IMG/VR virus record: IMGVR_UViG_2162886007_000107
Coordinates: 62,001 to 126,000 of that record
Direction: 5' to 3' (one strand)
DNA length: 64,000 bases
A program made the position numbers and the translations under genes. Positions 1 through 8,684 of the stretch are shown one piece after another. The notes beneath the pieces were generated by a model, which did no database searches, was not told the DNA's origin, and saw nothing but the letters and a program-made list of their open reading frames with translations. Every line of letters begins with the position of its first letter. Position 1 is the first letter of the stretch.

Positions 1-155
1 GGGAAGATAGGGAAGACGCGGTAACTGACGAAGCAATCGAATTAATCAAGAAAGCTTTCGATAACCCTCGCAATTACTTCTGGTTTAACGTTTACCTGGA
101 TGTAAAGGAAGGTTACGATAGTGATCTGATTGTCAAAGAAGTAAAAAGCAACTGA
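1..155 (+). CDS. 3' end of a hypothetical protein (partial)
   Basis: Frame 3 is open from the window edge (EDREDAVTDEAIELIKKAF...EVKSN) to TGA at 153-155. Confidence 0.6.
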   Translation, partial: EDREDAVTDEAIELIKKAFDNPRNYFWFNVYLDVKEGYDSDLIVKEVKSN

Positions 156-331
156 CAGTTGTTATGTTATACAAGAGGTGTGCTTTCTGAACCTCTAACC
201 CAATTCCCCGAGAGGGAATCTTTGGTCCCTTAAGGGTGGAGCCGAAGTACGTAAGGGGATATGCTATTTCGTGACTGCTTGTGTATATCCGAACCCTATG
301 GTGGTATGTCAAAGCCACAAGTCACAACTGT
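155..331 (+). ncRNA. candidate structured RNA module A
   Basis: No credible ORF; closing helix ACAGTTGT(155-162)/ACAACTGT(324-331); several internal hairpins; possible pseudoknot. Confidence 0.3.
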
Positions 332-557
332 TTCTATTACATGCCCGCTGGACTGGGAGCCGTTGGCCGATAGGCGAATGCGGCAAAGCACGGTCTGGTA
401 GGATTCTGAGATAGTTGAGGCGAACCTTTACGCCTGGGGGTGATTCTAGAAAATCCCCGGGGGTCTAGGTCTTGCCCGGATGGTTCCGGGTTTTCCGGGG
501 GAGGGGACGGCAAAGGACGTTCTTTTCCCCGGCGCTATTTAAAGGTAACGTTTATGA

Positions 558-749
558 CGGGACCTAACGAATCCGTGTAAGAGACGGTATCTGGATAAAC
601 CTAATGTTGCGGTCTTCTCTTTAGTCTGAATAAGACGGTCAGAGTTGTGCTAGATGTTAGGATGAAAAGCCTCATGACAGAGGGCGATTCAGACTAAGCG
701 TATTCAGTACGTCTTAGAGAGCAGGGCGTCAATCCTGTGATCTGTCCCG
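558..749 (+). ncRNA. candidate structured RNA module C
   Basis: Closing helix CGGGAC/GTCCCG; 11-bp TTAGTCTGAAT(621-631)/ATTCAGACTAA(687-697); TAAGACG/CGTCTTA. Confidence 0.35.
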
Positions 750-778
750 ATTTCCTATGTTATACGAAAAAGTGTTTT

Positions 779-866
779 GGAGAGATTCCCGAGTGGCCAA
801 AGGGATCAGACTGTAAATCTGACGTGCGATCGCACTTCGTAGGTTCGAATCCTTCTCTCTCCACCA
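779..866 (+). tRNA. tRNA-Tyr(GTA)
   Basis: Acceptor GGAGAGA/TCTCTCC, anticodon arm TCAGA-ctGTAaa-TCTGA, long variable arm, TTCGAAT T-loop, encoded CCA. Confidence 0.95.
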
Positions 867-870
867 TGTT

Positions 871-1010
871 TATTCATAAGCCAAGTATCCAACAAGCGTA
901 AGCCTGGATGCAGGGAACCACAAAGCCAACGCGCTGCCAGTGATTGGTTAGGCAAGCAGAAAGTAACATTACAGCCGATGGTACGGTGAAATCTACTTGA
1001 CTTATGAATA
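871..1010 (+). ncRNA. candidate structured RNA module D between tRNA-Tyr and tRNA-Asp
   Basis: Long closing helix TATTCATAAG-C-CAAGTA(871-887)/TACTTG-A-CTTATGAATA(994-1010). Confidence 0.35.
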
Positions 1011-1018
1011 GCTTTATT

Positions 1019-1095
1019 GCGGCCATAGTTCAGCTGGTTAGAATACCCGCCTGTCACGCGGGTGGTCAGGGGTTCGAGTCCCCTTGGTCGCGCCA
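1019..1095 (+). tRNA. tRNA-Asp(GTC)
   Basis: Cloverleaf; CCCGC-ctGTCac-GCGGG anticodon arm; GGTTCGAGTCC; CCA end. Confidence 0.96.
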
Positions 1096-1511
1096 AACGT
1101 GTAGCTCTTGGCCCTGTGGGTCTCCTTGGTTGGTGTGGTGTTGTTACGCCAAGAGCTACACCCTATATTCGACGCCCCGCTACCCCGCGCCCTCGCCCGA
1201 AGAAAACACTTCCTGATTGTGGTGAGTCAGGTTCTGAGCATTTAATGCAGTGTAGTAAGAGTCTATATCGCCACGCATATTCCTTCTTCAGGTTTCATCT
1301 AGGTTTCCTGGAGAGAATCTTTGCCATTGTCCCCTGGTCCGGGCTGACGTTAACCGTGTCTATGGCAGAGTAAAGTTGTCCTGGCAAATAAGCCGGATAG
1401 AGCAAACGGTAGTTTCGTATTAAAAGTTGAAAGCAGCCTGGGATGCAGTTTGAGGTGGGTCCCCTATCGACAAGGCTAGGTTTAAAGCACTTACACTGAT
1501 CCGATTTATTA

Positions 1512-1587
1512 GGCCTAGTAGCTCAACTGGCAGAGCATCGGTCTCCAAAACCGAAGGTTCCAGGTTCGACTCCTGGCTACGCCGCCA
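1512..1587 (+). tRNA. tRNA-Trp(CCA)
   Basis: TCGGT-ctCCAaa-ACCGA anticodon arm; canonical D and T arms; CCA; one C:C mismatch in the acceptor stem. Confidence 0.92.
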
Positions 1588-1731
1588 AATTCCCTTACCA
1601 GATCCATTGATCAAGGACAACCTGGTAAGGTAAGAAAACACGTAGGAGCGTGCGACGGTCTACCTCCCTTGACTTAGGTCATGAGCAACGTGCGGTATAA
1701 GTCCGAAGACACGTCAAGATTTTTGTTACAT

Positions 1732-1807
1732 TCCGTGTTAGCTCAGTTGGTAGAGCAAACGACTGTTAATCGTTTGGTCCCTGGTTCGAGTCCAGGACAC
1801 GGAGCCA
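1732..1807 (+). tRNA. tRNA-Asn(GTT)
   Basis: AACGA-ctGTTaa-TCGTT anticodon arm; canonical D and T arms; CCA. Confidence 0.95.
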
Positions 1808-2077
1808 ATTCTTTAAACCTGTGCGTAATCACCCGAGATGCACCGCCCTCACAGGTTTTCATAGCTACATTCAAAATTGTCAGTCCGATCGTTGAGGTGG
1901 TCTAAACTGATAAGGCAACGCATCGTATCCGAAGGCATGTTAACTCTAGGGACCTTACCCCTACGTTAACCGCAGCCAAACCCGCCTGAGCGTTAGAAGG
2001 CAATAGAAATAAGTGTAAGTCCTCTGATGGCCATTCCGGGTTAAGGCTTGGTTGCATCAGAGGCATCCCCTTTTTGT

Positions 2078-2167
2078 GAGGACTGTAGCTCAATGGTTAG
2101 AGCAATGGGACGAATGGCCTCGCCATACTCCTTGGTCGCCGGTTCAATTCCGGTCAGTCCTCCGCCA
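2078..2167 (+). ncRNA. tRNA-like RNA with an elongated, non-canonical anticodon arm
   Basis: 8-bp acceptor GAGGACTG/CAGTCCTC, D arm TAGCTCAATGGTTAGAGCA, T arm GCCGG-TTCAATT-CCGGT; a ~29-nt irregular arm replaces the anticodon stem-loop. Confidence 0.7.
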
Positions 2168-2172
2168 GATGT

Positions 2173-2248
2173 GGGAACTGTAGTTCAATGGCAGAACGGT
2201 AGCCGACCAGGTTTCCAGTCGGTGGTTCGATTCCACCCAGTTCCCCCA
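2173..2248 (+). ncRNA. tRNA-like RNA (G-1:C73, degenerate anticodon arm)
   Basis: GGGAACTG/CAGTTCCC followed by CCA, D arm TAGTTCAATGGCAGAAC, T arm GGTGG-TTCGATT-CCACC; anticodon loop CGACCAG lacks U33. Confidence 0.7.
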
Positions 2249-2492
2249 CCCCACATGGTCTAGCGGCCGTGTTGTAGCGCACACCCCATTGTGCGTTATG
2301 AAACCGTAGCTTGATAAAGACAGGTTTAGCTGGCCTATCTAGTCGCTATGGAGTTTTGCCTTAACTTCGACGCTGCCTCGCCCTGGTAGTAAGGTTATGG
2401 AGGTCCTTGCTAACTCAACCCTGAAAAAGAATGTTCCTCTTCACAGGGTTGGACGACACCGTAAGGTTAGTCACCGAAAACCTCCCTCCACA

Positions 2493-2558
2493 CCCAATCC
2501 CCGCTTCTCCTCGTCACTGACCTGGAGCCGGGGATTGGGAGGTGGGGTTTATTTTTTT
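2493..2558 (+). terminator. intrinsic terminator closing the RNA region
   Basis: CCCAATCCCCG...CGGGGATTGGG stem followed by TTTATTTTTTT. Confidence 0.6.
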
Positions 2559-2596
2559 GCATTTCCACTGAATTGCAAATGTATAGGGGTAAGCCG

Positions 2597-2614
2597 TTTT
2601 CAGGACTATATTAC
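2597..2614 (+). promoter_or_regulatory. phiKZ-type early (vRNAP) promoter, TATATTAC
   Basis: TTTTCAGGACTATATTAC upstream of phuZ matches the phiKZ early consensus TATATTAC. Confidence 0.65.
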
Positions 2615-2681
2615 TCCCATGAGTGAATGAAACAAATATATTCGCTTACATTTTCTAAAGACCTGCAATAGAGAGTACGAC

Positions 2682-3677
2682 ATGTCTAACAAAGCTGAAC
2701 TGAACTTCATCCTCTGCGGTGGTGCAGGTATCAACATCGGTAAGCTGCTCCGTACTTCCAAACTCAATGACCGAGTAGCGGAAGCTTCTTACCTTGCACT
2801 GGACGCAAGCGGTAACAATCCAATCCCGAAAGAACTGAACATCCCGCTGGAGCGTGTAGCTGTAAGTGGTGATGCCTCTACCTTGGCCAATGGCTCTGGT
2901 AAAGTCCGTGCTACTAACTACGAAGCAGCTCAACCGTTCGTTAACGATGCGCTGACCAAACACACTCCTGGTACCTTCAACGTCGTCGTCTTCTCTGGCT
3001 CCGGTGGTTCGGGTTCCATTCTGGGCACCCTGGTAATCCGCTGGCTGAAGCAGAACGGCTACAAGTTCATCGCGATCATCATCAACGATCACACGTCGAC
3101 GATCGAAATGGAAAACGCCGTCAAGACCATGACCGGTCTGGCAGTACAAACTCAGCCGAACTTCCTCAATGCCGCAATCCCGCACATCGAGTTCAAGAAC
3201 ACCCCGGACAAAACTCGTGGCGAGATCGACCGTGCGGTCGTGAACCGTATCACCACTCTGTCCCTGTTCGCCACCGGCAAGAACGAAGAACAAGACCTTC
3301 AAGACGTTCTGAACGTTCTGGACTACTCCAACGCCTACAAAGTTCCGGCCGCTCTCAGCCGTATCTCGTTCTTCGACAACCCGGACAATTACAAAGGCCC
3401 TGCACCAGTTGCGGTCGTCTCCCTGTTCTCCTCGTCGTCGGACATCAAGGCGTGCTTCGAAGGCACTCACATCCGTTCCACCGGTGTGTTCGCTCCAGGC
3501 ACTATCCTGCCTGAAGGTGTTACCCAGATGCACATGATCCTGGATCACGGCGAAGGCCACAAAAAGCTGGAATCCGAATCCGAAGATCTGGAAAAACGTA
3601 GCGTGACTACTCGTACCACCTACGTGGCGCAGAAAGATATGTCGAAAGGTGCTGACACCAACGGCATCCCGCTGTAA
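2682..3677 (+). CDS. phuZ: phage tubulin PhuZ
   Basis: CGGAGIN, NGSGK and SGSGGSGS tubulin/FtsZ motifs; PhuZ-like C-terminal tail; strong codon bias. Confidence 0.93.
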   Translation: MSNKAELNFILCGGAGINIGKLLRTSKLNDRVAEASYLALDASGNNPIPKELNIPLERVAVSGDASTLANGSGKVRATNYEAAQPFVNDALTKHTPGTFNVVVFSGSGGSGSILGTLVIRWLKQNGYKFIAIIINDHTSTIEMENAVKTMTGLAVQTQPNFLNAAIPHIEFKNTPDKTRGEIDRAVVNRITTLSLFATGKNEEQDLQDVLNVLDYSNAYKVPAALSRISFFDNPDNYKGPAPVAVVSLFSSSSDIKACFEGTHIRSTGVFAPGTILPEGVTQMHMILDHGEGHKKLESESEDLEKRSVTTRTTYVAQKDMSKGADTNGIPL

Positions 3678-3691
3678 GCAATACATGACTA

Positions 3692-3737
3692 CTAGAGTAG
3701 CAGCCGCGGCTGCTACTCTAGGGTTATGCTTGTTTTT
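3692..3737 (+). terminator. intrinsic terminator
   Basis: Perfect 30-bp inverted repeat CTAGAGTAGCAGCCGCGGCTGCTACTCTAG followed by a T-run. Confidence 0.75.
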
Positions 3738-3790
3738 TACTAGGCCAACTATTAATATGTGATTCTATACTTCTTAGGAGGGTCAGGAAG

Positions 3791-4087
3791 GTGTCTAAAA
3801 GCTTCTCTATGCGTCTTAGCGATTACACCATAGCCAGACCTATAGGTGTACAAGAAGTGGTCTTAAATCGCACTGTAGACATGACAGACGTTGTCACTCT
3901 ACTTAGCGATGAAGGCTTCATTAACTTTAACGAAGAAAGAACGATTCACAAGGTACATGGGCGTGACCTAAGTAATCTGCGTGAACGTATTGCTGATCAA
4001 GTAATAGGTGTTCCCCGGGACGCTTATGTTGATATTGATGCATACGGTCCAGGGTCAGATTTTCTAGTCATCAAATTCAATTACTGA
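3791..4087 (+). CDS. hypothetical protein
   Basis: ORF with purine-rich RBS; first gene of the small-gene run between phuZ and the polymerase. Confidence 0.75.
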   Translation: MSKSFSMRLSDYTIARPIGVQEVVLNRTVDMTDVVTLLSDEGFINFNEERTIHKVHGRDLSNLRERIADQVIGVPRDAYVDIDAYGPGSDFLVIKFNY

Positions 4088-4097
4088 GGTTTAAAAC

Positions 4098-4646
4098 GTG
4101 CTCGTATACAACATGGTTGCCAAGGCTAACCAATTGATGATAGGCAAACTGGACGAACCTACAATGGGTCGTATTGAAATTGCCAAGATCATCTTTGAAG
4201 CAGCCGTGGAAGTTATTAATTGCAAGCGCCCCTCAAGACGTGACGAACTAACCGACGAAATCGTTGAATTCGGTGAAACCGGTTACGGCATGGTTTTGCC
4301 AGATTGTGTGCTGGATAGTTACATCGAAGAGATCCACGACGATCTTAAGAAGGCACGCTGGGATCCACGCATCGTCATCAAGATTAAATACTTTAACATT
4401 GGTGATGCTTTATATACCGCCACTCTGGAGATGGATCTAGAAGCGACGGTAGAGAAGATGGGTTGGGACAGGGTACCTATTGCAGAGGACACAGACCATA
4501 TCTCTGATGTGGTTGAAGATAATCCGTCGATGGACACTATCAATGCGCTTAATCGATTCGATGCTTCTAGGCGTAAGTCCGAACCTAGAATTTCATCATA
4601 TCCCACTTCGGGATTTGTACGCGGAGTTCCGCGACGAGATCGCTAA
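4098..4646 (+). CDS. hypothetical protein
   Basis: GAGG RBS, GTG start, in operon. Confidence 0.75.
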   Translation: MLVYNMVAKANQLMIGKLDEPTMGRIEIAKIIFEAAVEVINCKRPSRRDELTDEIVEFGETGYGMVLPDCVLDSYIEEIHDDLKKARWDPRIVIKIKYFNIGDALYTATLEMDLEATVEKMGWDRVPIAEDTDHISDVVEDNPSMDTINALNRFDASRRKSEPRISSYPTSGFVRGVPRRDR

Positions 4647-5028
4647 CCACGTAGTTGGTAATATCCCAACTAAACGCTGGGAGGAAATGTTTCAAGGTTT
4701 CTTTGAGTCAATTGTCATCGATACCTTGCAGACAAGCTTTAATGCAGTGAATATGCAGGACAGCATATTTAACGGCAAGTTGTACCACAGGAATTTTTTG
4801 AAGGACGATATTCACGATTTCTTTTGTGACTATAGTTCGAAGATTGCAACACGAATACTTTTAGTAAGCGCAAATACAACCAACACACATCGTTGGGTGT
4901 ACAAGATTACGAATCCATTGAACATCATAGTGGGTTCTGATCCACGGGATACCATAACGGACCCTACGGAATTAGAGCCCTTGCCAATTGAACCTGAGGA
5001 GGATAACTGGTATGGCAATGAAAGTTAG
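4561..5028 (+). CDS. hypothetical protein
   Basis: ATG at 4561 (the track starts at TTG 4480); overlaps the previous gene by 86 nt. Confidence 0.65.
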   Translation: MLLGVSPNLEFHHIPLRDLYAEFRDEIANHVVGNIPTKRWEEMFQGFFESIVIDTLQTSFNAVNMQDSIFNGKLYHRNFLKDDIHDFFCDYSSKIATRILLVSANTTNTHRWVYKITNPLNIIVGSDPRDTITDPTELEPLPIEPEEDNWYGNES

Positions 5029-5332
5029 TAACGTCCCCTTGGGTCCACTGCCAAGGGTTTTCAAGAAACATGGTGTTGAACGTTCTCAGATGAATGCGGT
5101 GATCGGGTATCTGATCGGCCAAGCACGAAGTCAGGACAAGTTGATTCAATATGTCGACGTGGGCAAATCACTCGATACGTTGAACCTGGATCTGTTGCCA
5201 AGGACCATGCTGCATCTGGAAGCTGGCGACGATTTACTTCTACTGATGGAAGCTATTAGTAATGTGATCCGAGAAGGCAAACTGAATTCTTGGGTTGTCA
5301 AAGATCACGTATTACTTTTGGAGATGGATTAA
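5012..5332 (+). CDS. hypothetical protein
   Basis: GAGGAGG RBS before ATG 5012. Confidence 0.75.
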   Translation: MAMKVSNVPLGPLPRVFKKHGVERSQMNAVIGYLIGQARSQDKLIQYVDVGKSLDTLNLDLLPRTMLHLEAGDDLLLLMEAISNVIREGKLNSWVVKDHVLLLEMD

Positions 5333-5628
5333 TGGGTTTCTTTACTCACGTTATCCAAGTACCTCCGCTGACGGATACCATGATGTTGGTGGGGGCTTAC
5401 AGAAGCCTCATGGACACGATTGGTATTGAGTGCAGTAAATTGGCTCAGTATCCAAGCAGCAGTGGTGTCACGCACCCTATAGCGAGTGCACAGCAAATAC
5501 TGGCGGATGACTTCTCTGATACTTACTCTATGCTCATGGTTTCATACATGTTCCATGGAAGTTTGTCAGTCTCCAACATGACGTTCATGTCTAACTGCTG
5601 TGTGTTTACGTTCACCCACCCGGATTAA
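5332..5628 (+). CDS. hypothetical protein
   Basis: TAATG stop/start coupling, GGAG RBS. Confidence 0.7.
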   Translation: MGFFTHVIQVPPLTDTMMLVGAYRSLMDTIGIECSKLAQYPSSSGVTHPIASAQQILADDFSDTYSMLMVSYMFHGSLSVSNMTFMSNCCVFTFTHPD

Positions 5629-5633
5629 TATCT

Positions 5634-5951
5634 ATGCGTTATGGAATGCTAGTACCGGTTAACTACGATCAACTAGCTGAGTTCCTTTTGCTTAAGGCAT
5701 CGGACATCCATGATCCCTTGGATCTCAGCTTTGAGAGTATCTATCGCTACCTCGATGAAACTGCAACTGCAATGCTGTGTGATCCAGAACACCGCACGGA
5801 TGAGATTGAAGATATCGAATTAACGGAACTCCTGCTCAAGGAACACTACTTCGGTTGTATTGAAGATGTAGTGGTTACCAAGATCCCAGGTATTGTCGTT
5901 CCGGTTGGTGACCATCTTTTGAAGCTTCCGCTAGTTTTAATCAAAATCTAA
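5634..5951 (+). CDS. hypothetical protein
   Basis: Contiguous operon ORF. Confidence 0.7.
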   Translation: MRYGMLVPVNYDQLAEFLLLKASDIHDPLDLSFESIYRYLDETATAMLCDPEHRTDEIEDIELTELLLKEHYFGCIEDVVVTKIPGIVVPVGDHLLKLPLVLIKI

Positions 5952-5961
5952 AGAGGTCACC

Positions 5962-6378
5962 ATGGCGATTCCTAACCCGAAGAAAGGGGACATCATCAGT
6001 TTCAGCTTTGTGCAGAATGGCTTGATTGGTAATGGCAAAGAACAAGTTAAAGTAGAGGGTGATGTCAACTATCTCATGGCGAAAGCAATCGACCCAGAGA
6101 TCGACGTCAAACACCAAGCCCTCTACAACTACTTTGCCAAAGACGTAGGTTATGTCGATGATCCATCGTCGTATGGTTACATCGGCATCATCAACCTGGA
6201 TGGTCGCGTAGAAATGATCGGCATCCCTTGGATTTTGGAGAGTACCTTCAAGTTCTCGGAATCCGAACGTGCTGTTATTGCGGTACCTCGTTGGCAGGAG
6301 AAACATCGTCCTGCTTTCGATACGTTCTTCCAAAGTCTCGGTCTTGATTGGACTATCAATACTTTCAAGAACGAGTAA
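5962..6378 (+). CDS. conserved phiKZ-like protein upstream of the DNA polymerase (gp49-like by position)
   Basis: GAGG RBS; synteny. Confidence 0.75.
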   Translation: MAIPNPKKGDIISFSFVQNGLIGNGKEQVKVEGDVNYLMAKAIDPEIDVKHQALYNYFAKDVGYVDDPSSYGYIGIINLDGRVEMIGIPWILESTFKFSESERAVIAVPRWQEKHRPAFDTFFQSLGLDWTINTFKNE

Positions 6379-6394
6379 TACCGGATATCTCTTT

Positions 6395-6445
6395 ACCAGG
6401 CCCTCTATTAAGTTAGGGGACCTGGTGAAGTTCTTTTATTTTTTG
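6395..6445 (+). terminator. intrinsic terminator
   Basis: ACCAGG...CCTGGT stem followed by TTTTATTTTTT. Confidence 0.6.
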
Positions 6446-6491
6446 TACCCGTTAATTTCTGATAACCGGTTTAGCTCAACAGGTTGACTCG

Positions 6492-8597
6492 ATGACAGCC
6501 CAAGTTAAAGACTTTACGCCCGATAAGGAAGTCATCTCTCCTTTCATATCGGAGACTTACACGCCGAACCGTGATATCGTTAAGTCGTATCACATGCAGG
6601 CCGCATTGTACCTCAGTACGTTCTACGGCTACGATTACGCCACAGTACTGGAGTTGGTAGAGAAAGTATTTGTCCCTTCTGAGAACGGCTTTAAAGAAGC
6701 TCTCTTCGGGGTGTTCAAAAAGAACAAATACGGCGACCGTGTCAATACGGTAATGAAAGCCCGTGAGTTCTTTGCGACAGTAGAACAGAACAACTGGATC
6801 TTGTCGCCTTCGTTAGTAGCTTACAAGCACACTGACGAAGAACAAGCTGTAAACGCGATCGGTACTGATACCTTCATTGAGTTCCGTCGTCTTTATAAAG
6901 GAAAGAAGAAACAAGCGATTGATGTTGGTGACCATGAAGCAGAGGTTGCCTTCCACGAGATTCAGAACGCCCTGAAGATCTTTAACAACGCCCAGTCTGG
7001 CGGTATGTCTTCTTCGGGTACTCCGCTGTACAACAAGTCTGGTCATACCACCCTGACCAGTACTTGCCGTGCTGTAACTTCGACTGCCAACCTGTTGAAC
7101 GAACGTTTGATTACAGGTAACCGGTTGTTGCTCAGTTATGACAAAACCATGGAACTCTTCCTGAGTACCTTAGGTTATGCTAACCGAGAGTTGATCCAAC
7201 AAGTGATCGACGAGTACAGCATGAACTATGCGACTGTGGACCAAGTCTGGGACATGGTTCTGCGTTGCACTTCGTATTACTGGCATAACCCAACACAGCT
7301 ACAAGCAGTTAAGTCGTTCCTGCAAGATTTGACTCCGTTGGAATTGACCATCCTGCTTTGCTCGATGGACTTGCGTGGTTTGTACACAACCAACAAAGAC
7401 CTGATGAAACGGTTCTTTAATGATTGGTGCGAACTTCCAACAATGCCAGAAGGCTTCAAAGTCGAGGATGGTGTTAAGCCAGCCAACAGTGACTATGAAG
7501 TACTGATCATTACTAAGCTCGGTAAGAAGCCGACTAAAGAACAAGCAGCGTTCCTGAACAAGCATCACTTGATGCTAGAACAGAAGTGGGGTAGTTTCAT
7601 TAAGGCTTTCTTGAAGGCCGAGATCCCACCTAGTTCGTTGTTCAGTGTGAAAGAGCTGGTGCGTGAGAACGTACTGACCTCCGACACAGACTCCATGATT
7701 TACTCGATTGACATGATCATTGACGATTACGTCTCTGACATTCAAGGCGGCATGTGCTTCAACGCCGCAATGACGTACTTCATTCGTTGTATTGCAGTAG
7801 ACCAGCACGCGCGTCTTAGCCAGAACATGAACGTGGCTAGACGTTACCGTAACCGCCTGAACATGAAGAACGAATACCTCTTCAGTTCTTACGTTACTAC
7901 GTCCATGTCGAAACACTACTACGCAATGCAGCTGATGCTTGAAGGTATCCTGCGTGAAGTACCAGAGCTGGAGTTGAAAGGCGTTCACCTGAAAGGCGTC
8001 AAGATTGCACTCAAAGTTCGTGAGTTCACTAACCGACTCATGCGCGATGTATTGGATGCAATTTATAACAAACGTAAGTTGGACCCTGCTTCGTTGCTGG
8101 CAGAGATCGCGGACATCGAACGCGCTCTGTTTGCTGACATTGCAGAAGGTGGTTATGCATGGCTGACCAAGAACGGCATCAAAGCTGAAGAAGCTTACGC
8201 CAACCCTGAGTCTTCTATCTATTACTACCATGAGTTGTGGGAAAATGTGTTTGCTGCCAAATACGGTAGCGCACCAGAACTGCCGTATCGGGCTTACAAA
8301 GTCAACTTGGCCTTGCACAACAAGACTAAGGTTAAACGGTTCTTCGATACATTAGAAGACAAAGAGTTCGGCAAGATTTTCCACGACTACATCGAACAAC
8401 GTGCCAACCTGACTTCGGTTTATATTCCGGTTGACATGATCGATGGCATGGGAGGAATTCCTAAGGAGCTTTTGGATATCGTGGATACTCGTCTGTTGAT
8501 CCAACAGAACTTTAAGAGCATCTATGCAATCCTTGAGTCTTTGGGGTTGTACTTCCTTAATGCAAAGGCCACACGTTTGGTAAGTGACGAACATTAA
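6492..8597 (+). CDS. family B DNA polymerase, C-terminal catalytic half (phiKZ gp50-like)
   Basis: Motif B-like QNALKIFNNAQSG, motif C SDTDS, LELKG; no exonuclease domain. Confidence 0.85.
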   Translation: MTAQVKDFTPDKEVISPFISETYTPNRDIVKSYHMQAALYLSTFYGYDYATVLELVEKVFVPSENGFKEALFGVFKKNKYGDRVNTVMKAREFFATVEQNNWILSPSLVAYKHTDEEQAVNAIGTDTFIEFRRLYKGKKKQAIDVGDHEAEVAFHEIQNALKIFNNAQSGGMSSSGTPLYNKSGHTTLTSTCRAVTSTANLLNERLITGNRLLLSYDKTMELFLSTLGYANRELIQQVIDEYSMNYATVDQVWDMVLRCTSYYWHNPTQLQAVKSFLQDLTPLELTILLCSMDLRGLYTTNKDLMKRFFNDWCELPTMPEGFKVEDGVKPANSDYEVLIITKLGKKPTKEQAAFLNKHHLMLEQKWGSFIKAFLKAEIPPSSLFSVKELVRENVLTSDTDSMIYSIDMIIDDYVSDIQGGMCFNAAMTYFIRCIAVDQHARLSQNMNVARRYRNRLNMKNEYLFSSYVTTSMSKHYYAMQLMLEGILREVPELELKGVHLKGVKIALKVREFTNRLMRDVLDAIYNKRKLDPASLLAEIADIERALFADIAEGGYAWLTKNGIKAEEAYANPESSIYYYHELWENVFAAKYGSAPELPYRAYKVNLALHNKTKVKRFFDTLEDKEFGKIFHDYIEQRANLTSVYIPVDMIDGMGGIPKELLDIVDTRLLIQQNFKSIYAILESLGLYFLNAKATRLVSDEH

Positions 8598-8608
8598 CTT
8601 TTGGGACC

Positions 8609-8625
8609 TTTTGGACCTATATTAC
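8609..8625 (+). promoter_or_regulatory. early promoter, TATATTAC
   Basis: TTTTGGACCTATATTAC upstream of 8685. Confidence 0.65.
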
Positions 8626-8684
8626 CTCCTTGAATCAGTGACAGTTATCTGTTCTGGATAACTAACCTAATCAAGGAGACGTAT

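Noticed and set aside
1392-1417. GCCGGATAGAGCAAACGGTAGTTTCG, resembling a tRNA 5' half
   Set aside because: No matching anticodon arm, T arm or acceptor 3' strand downstream
155-2560. tmRNA, RNase P RNA, group I/II intron or hammerhead identity for the non-coding blocks
   Set aside because: I could not find the signature motifs (GAGGAAAGUCC, CUGANGA...GAAA with proper stems, tmRNA termini) by eye; a covariance-model search is needed
133-2630. Short ORFs across the tRNA region
   Set aside because: They overlap tRNAs or structured blocks, lack RBS and have atypical composition
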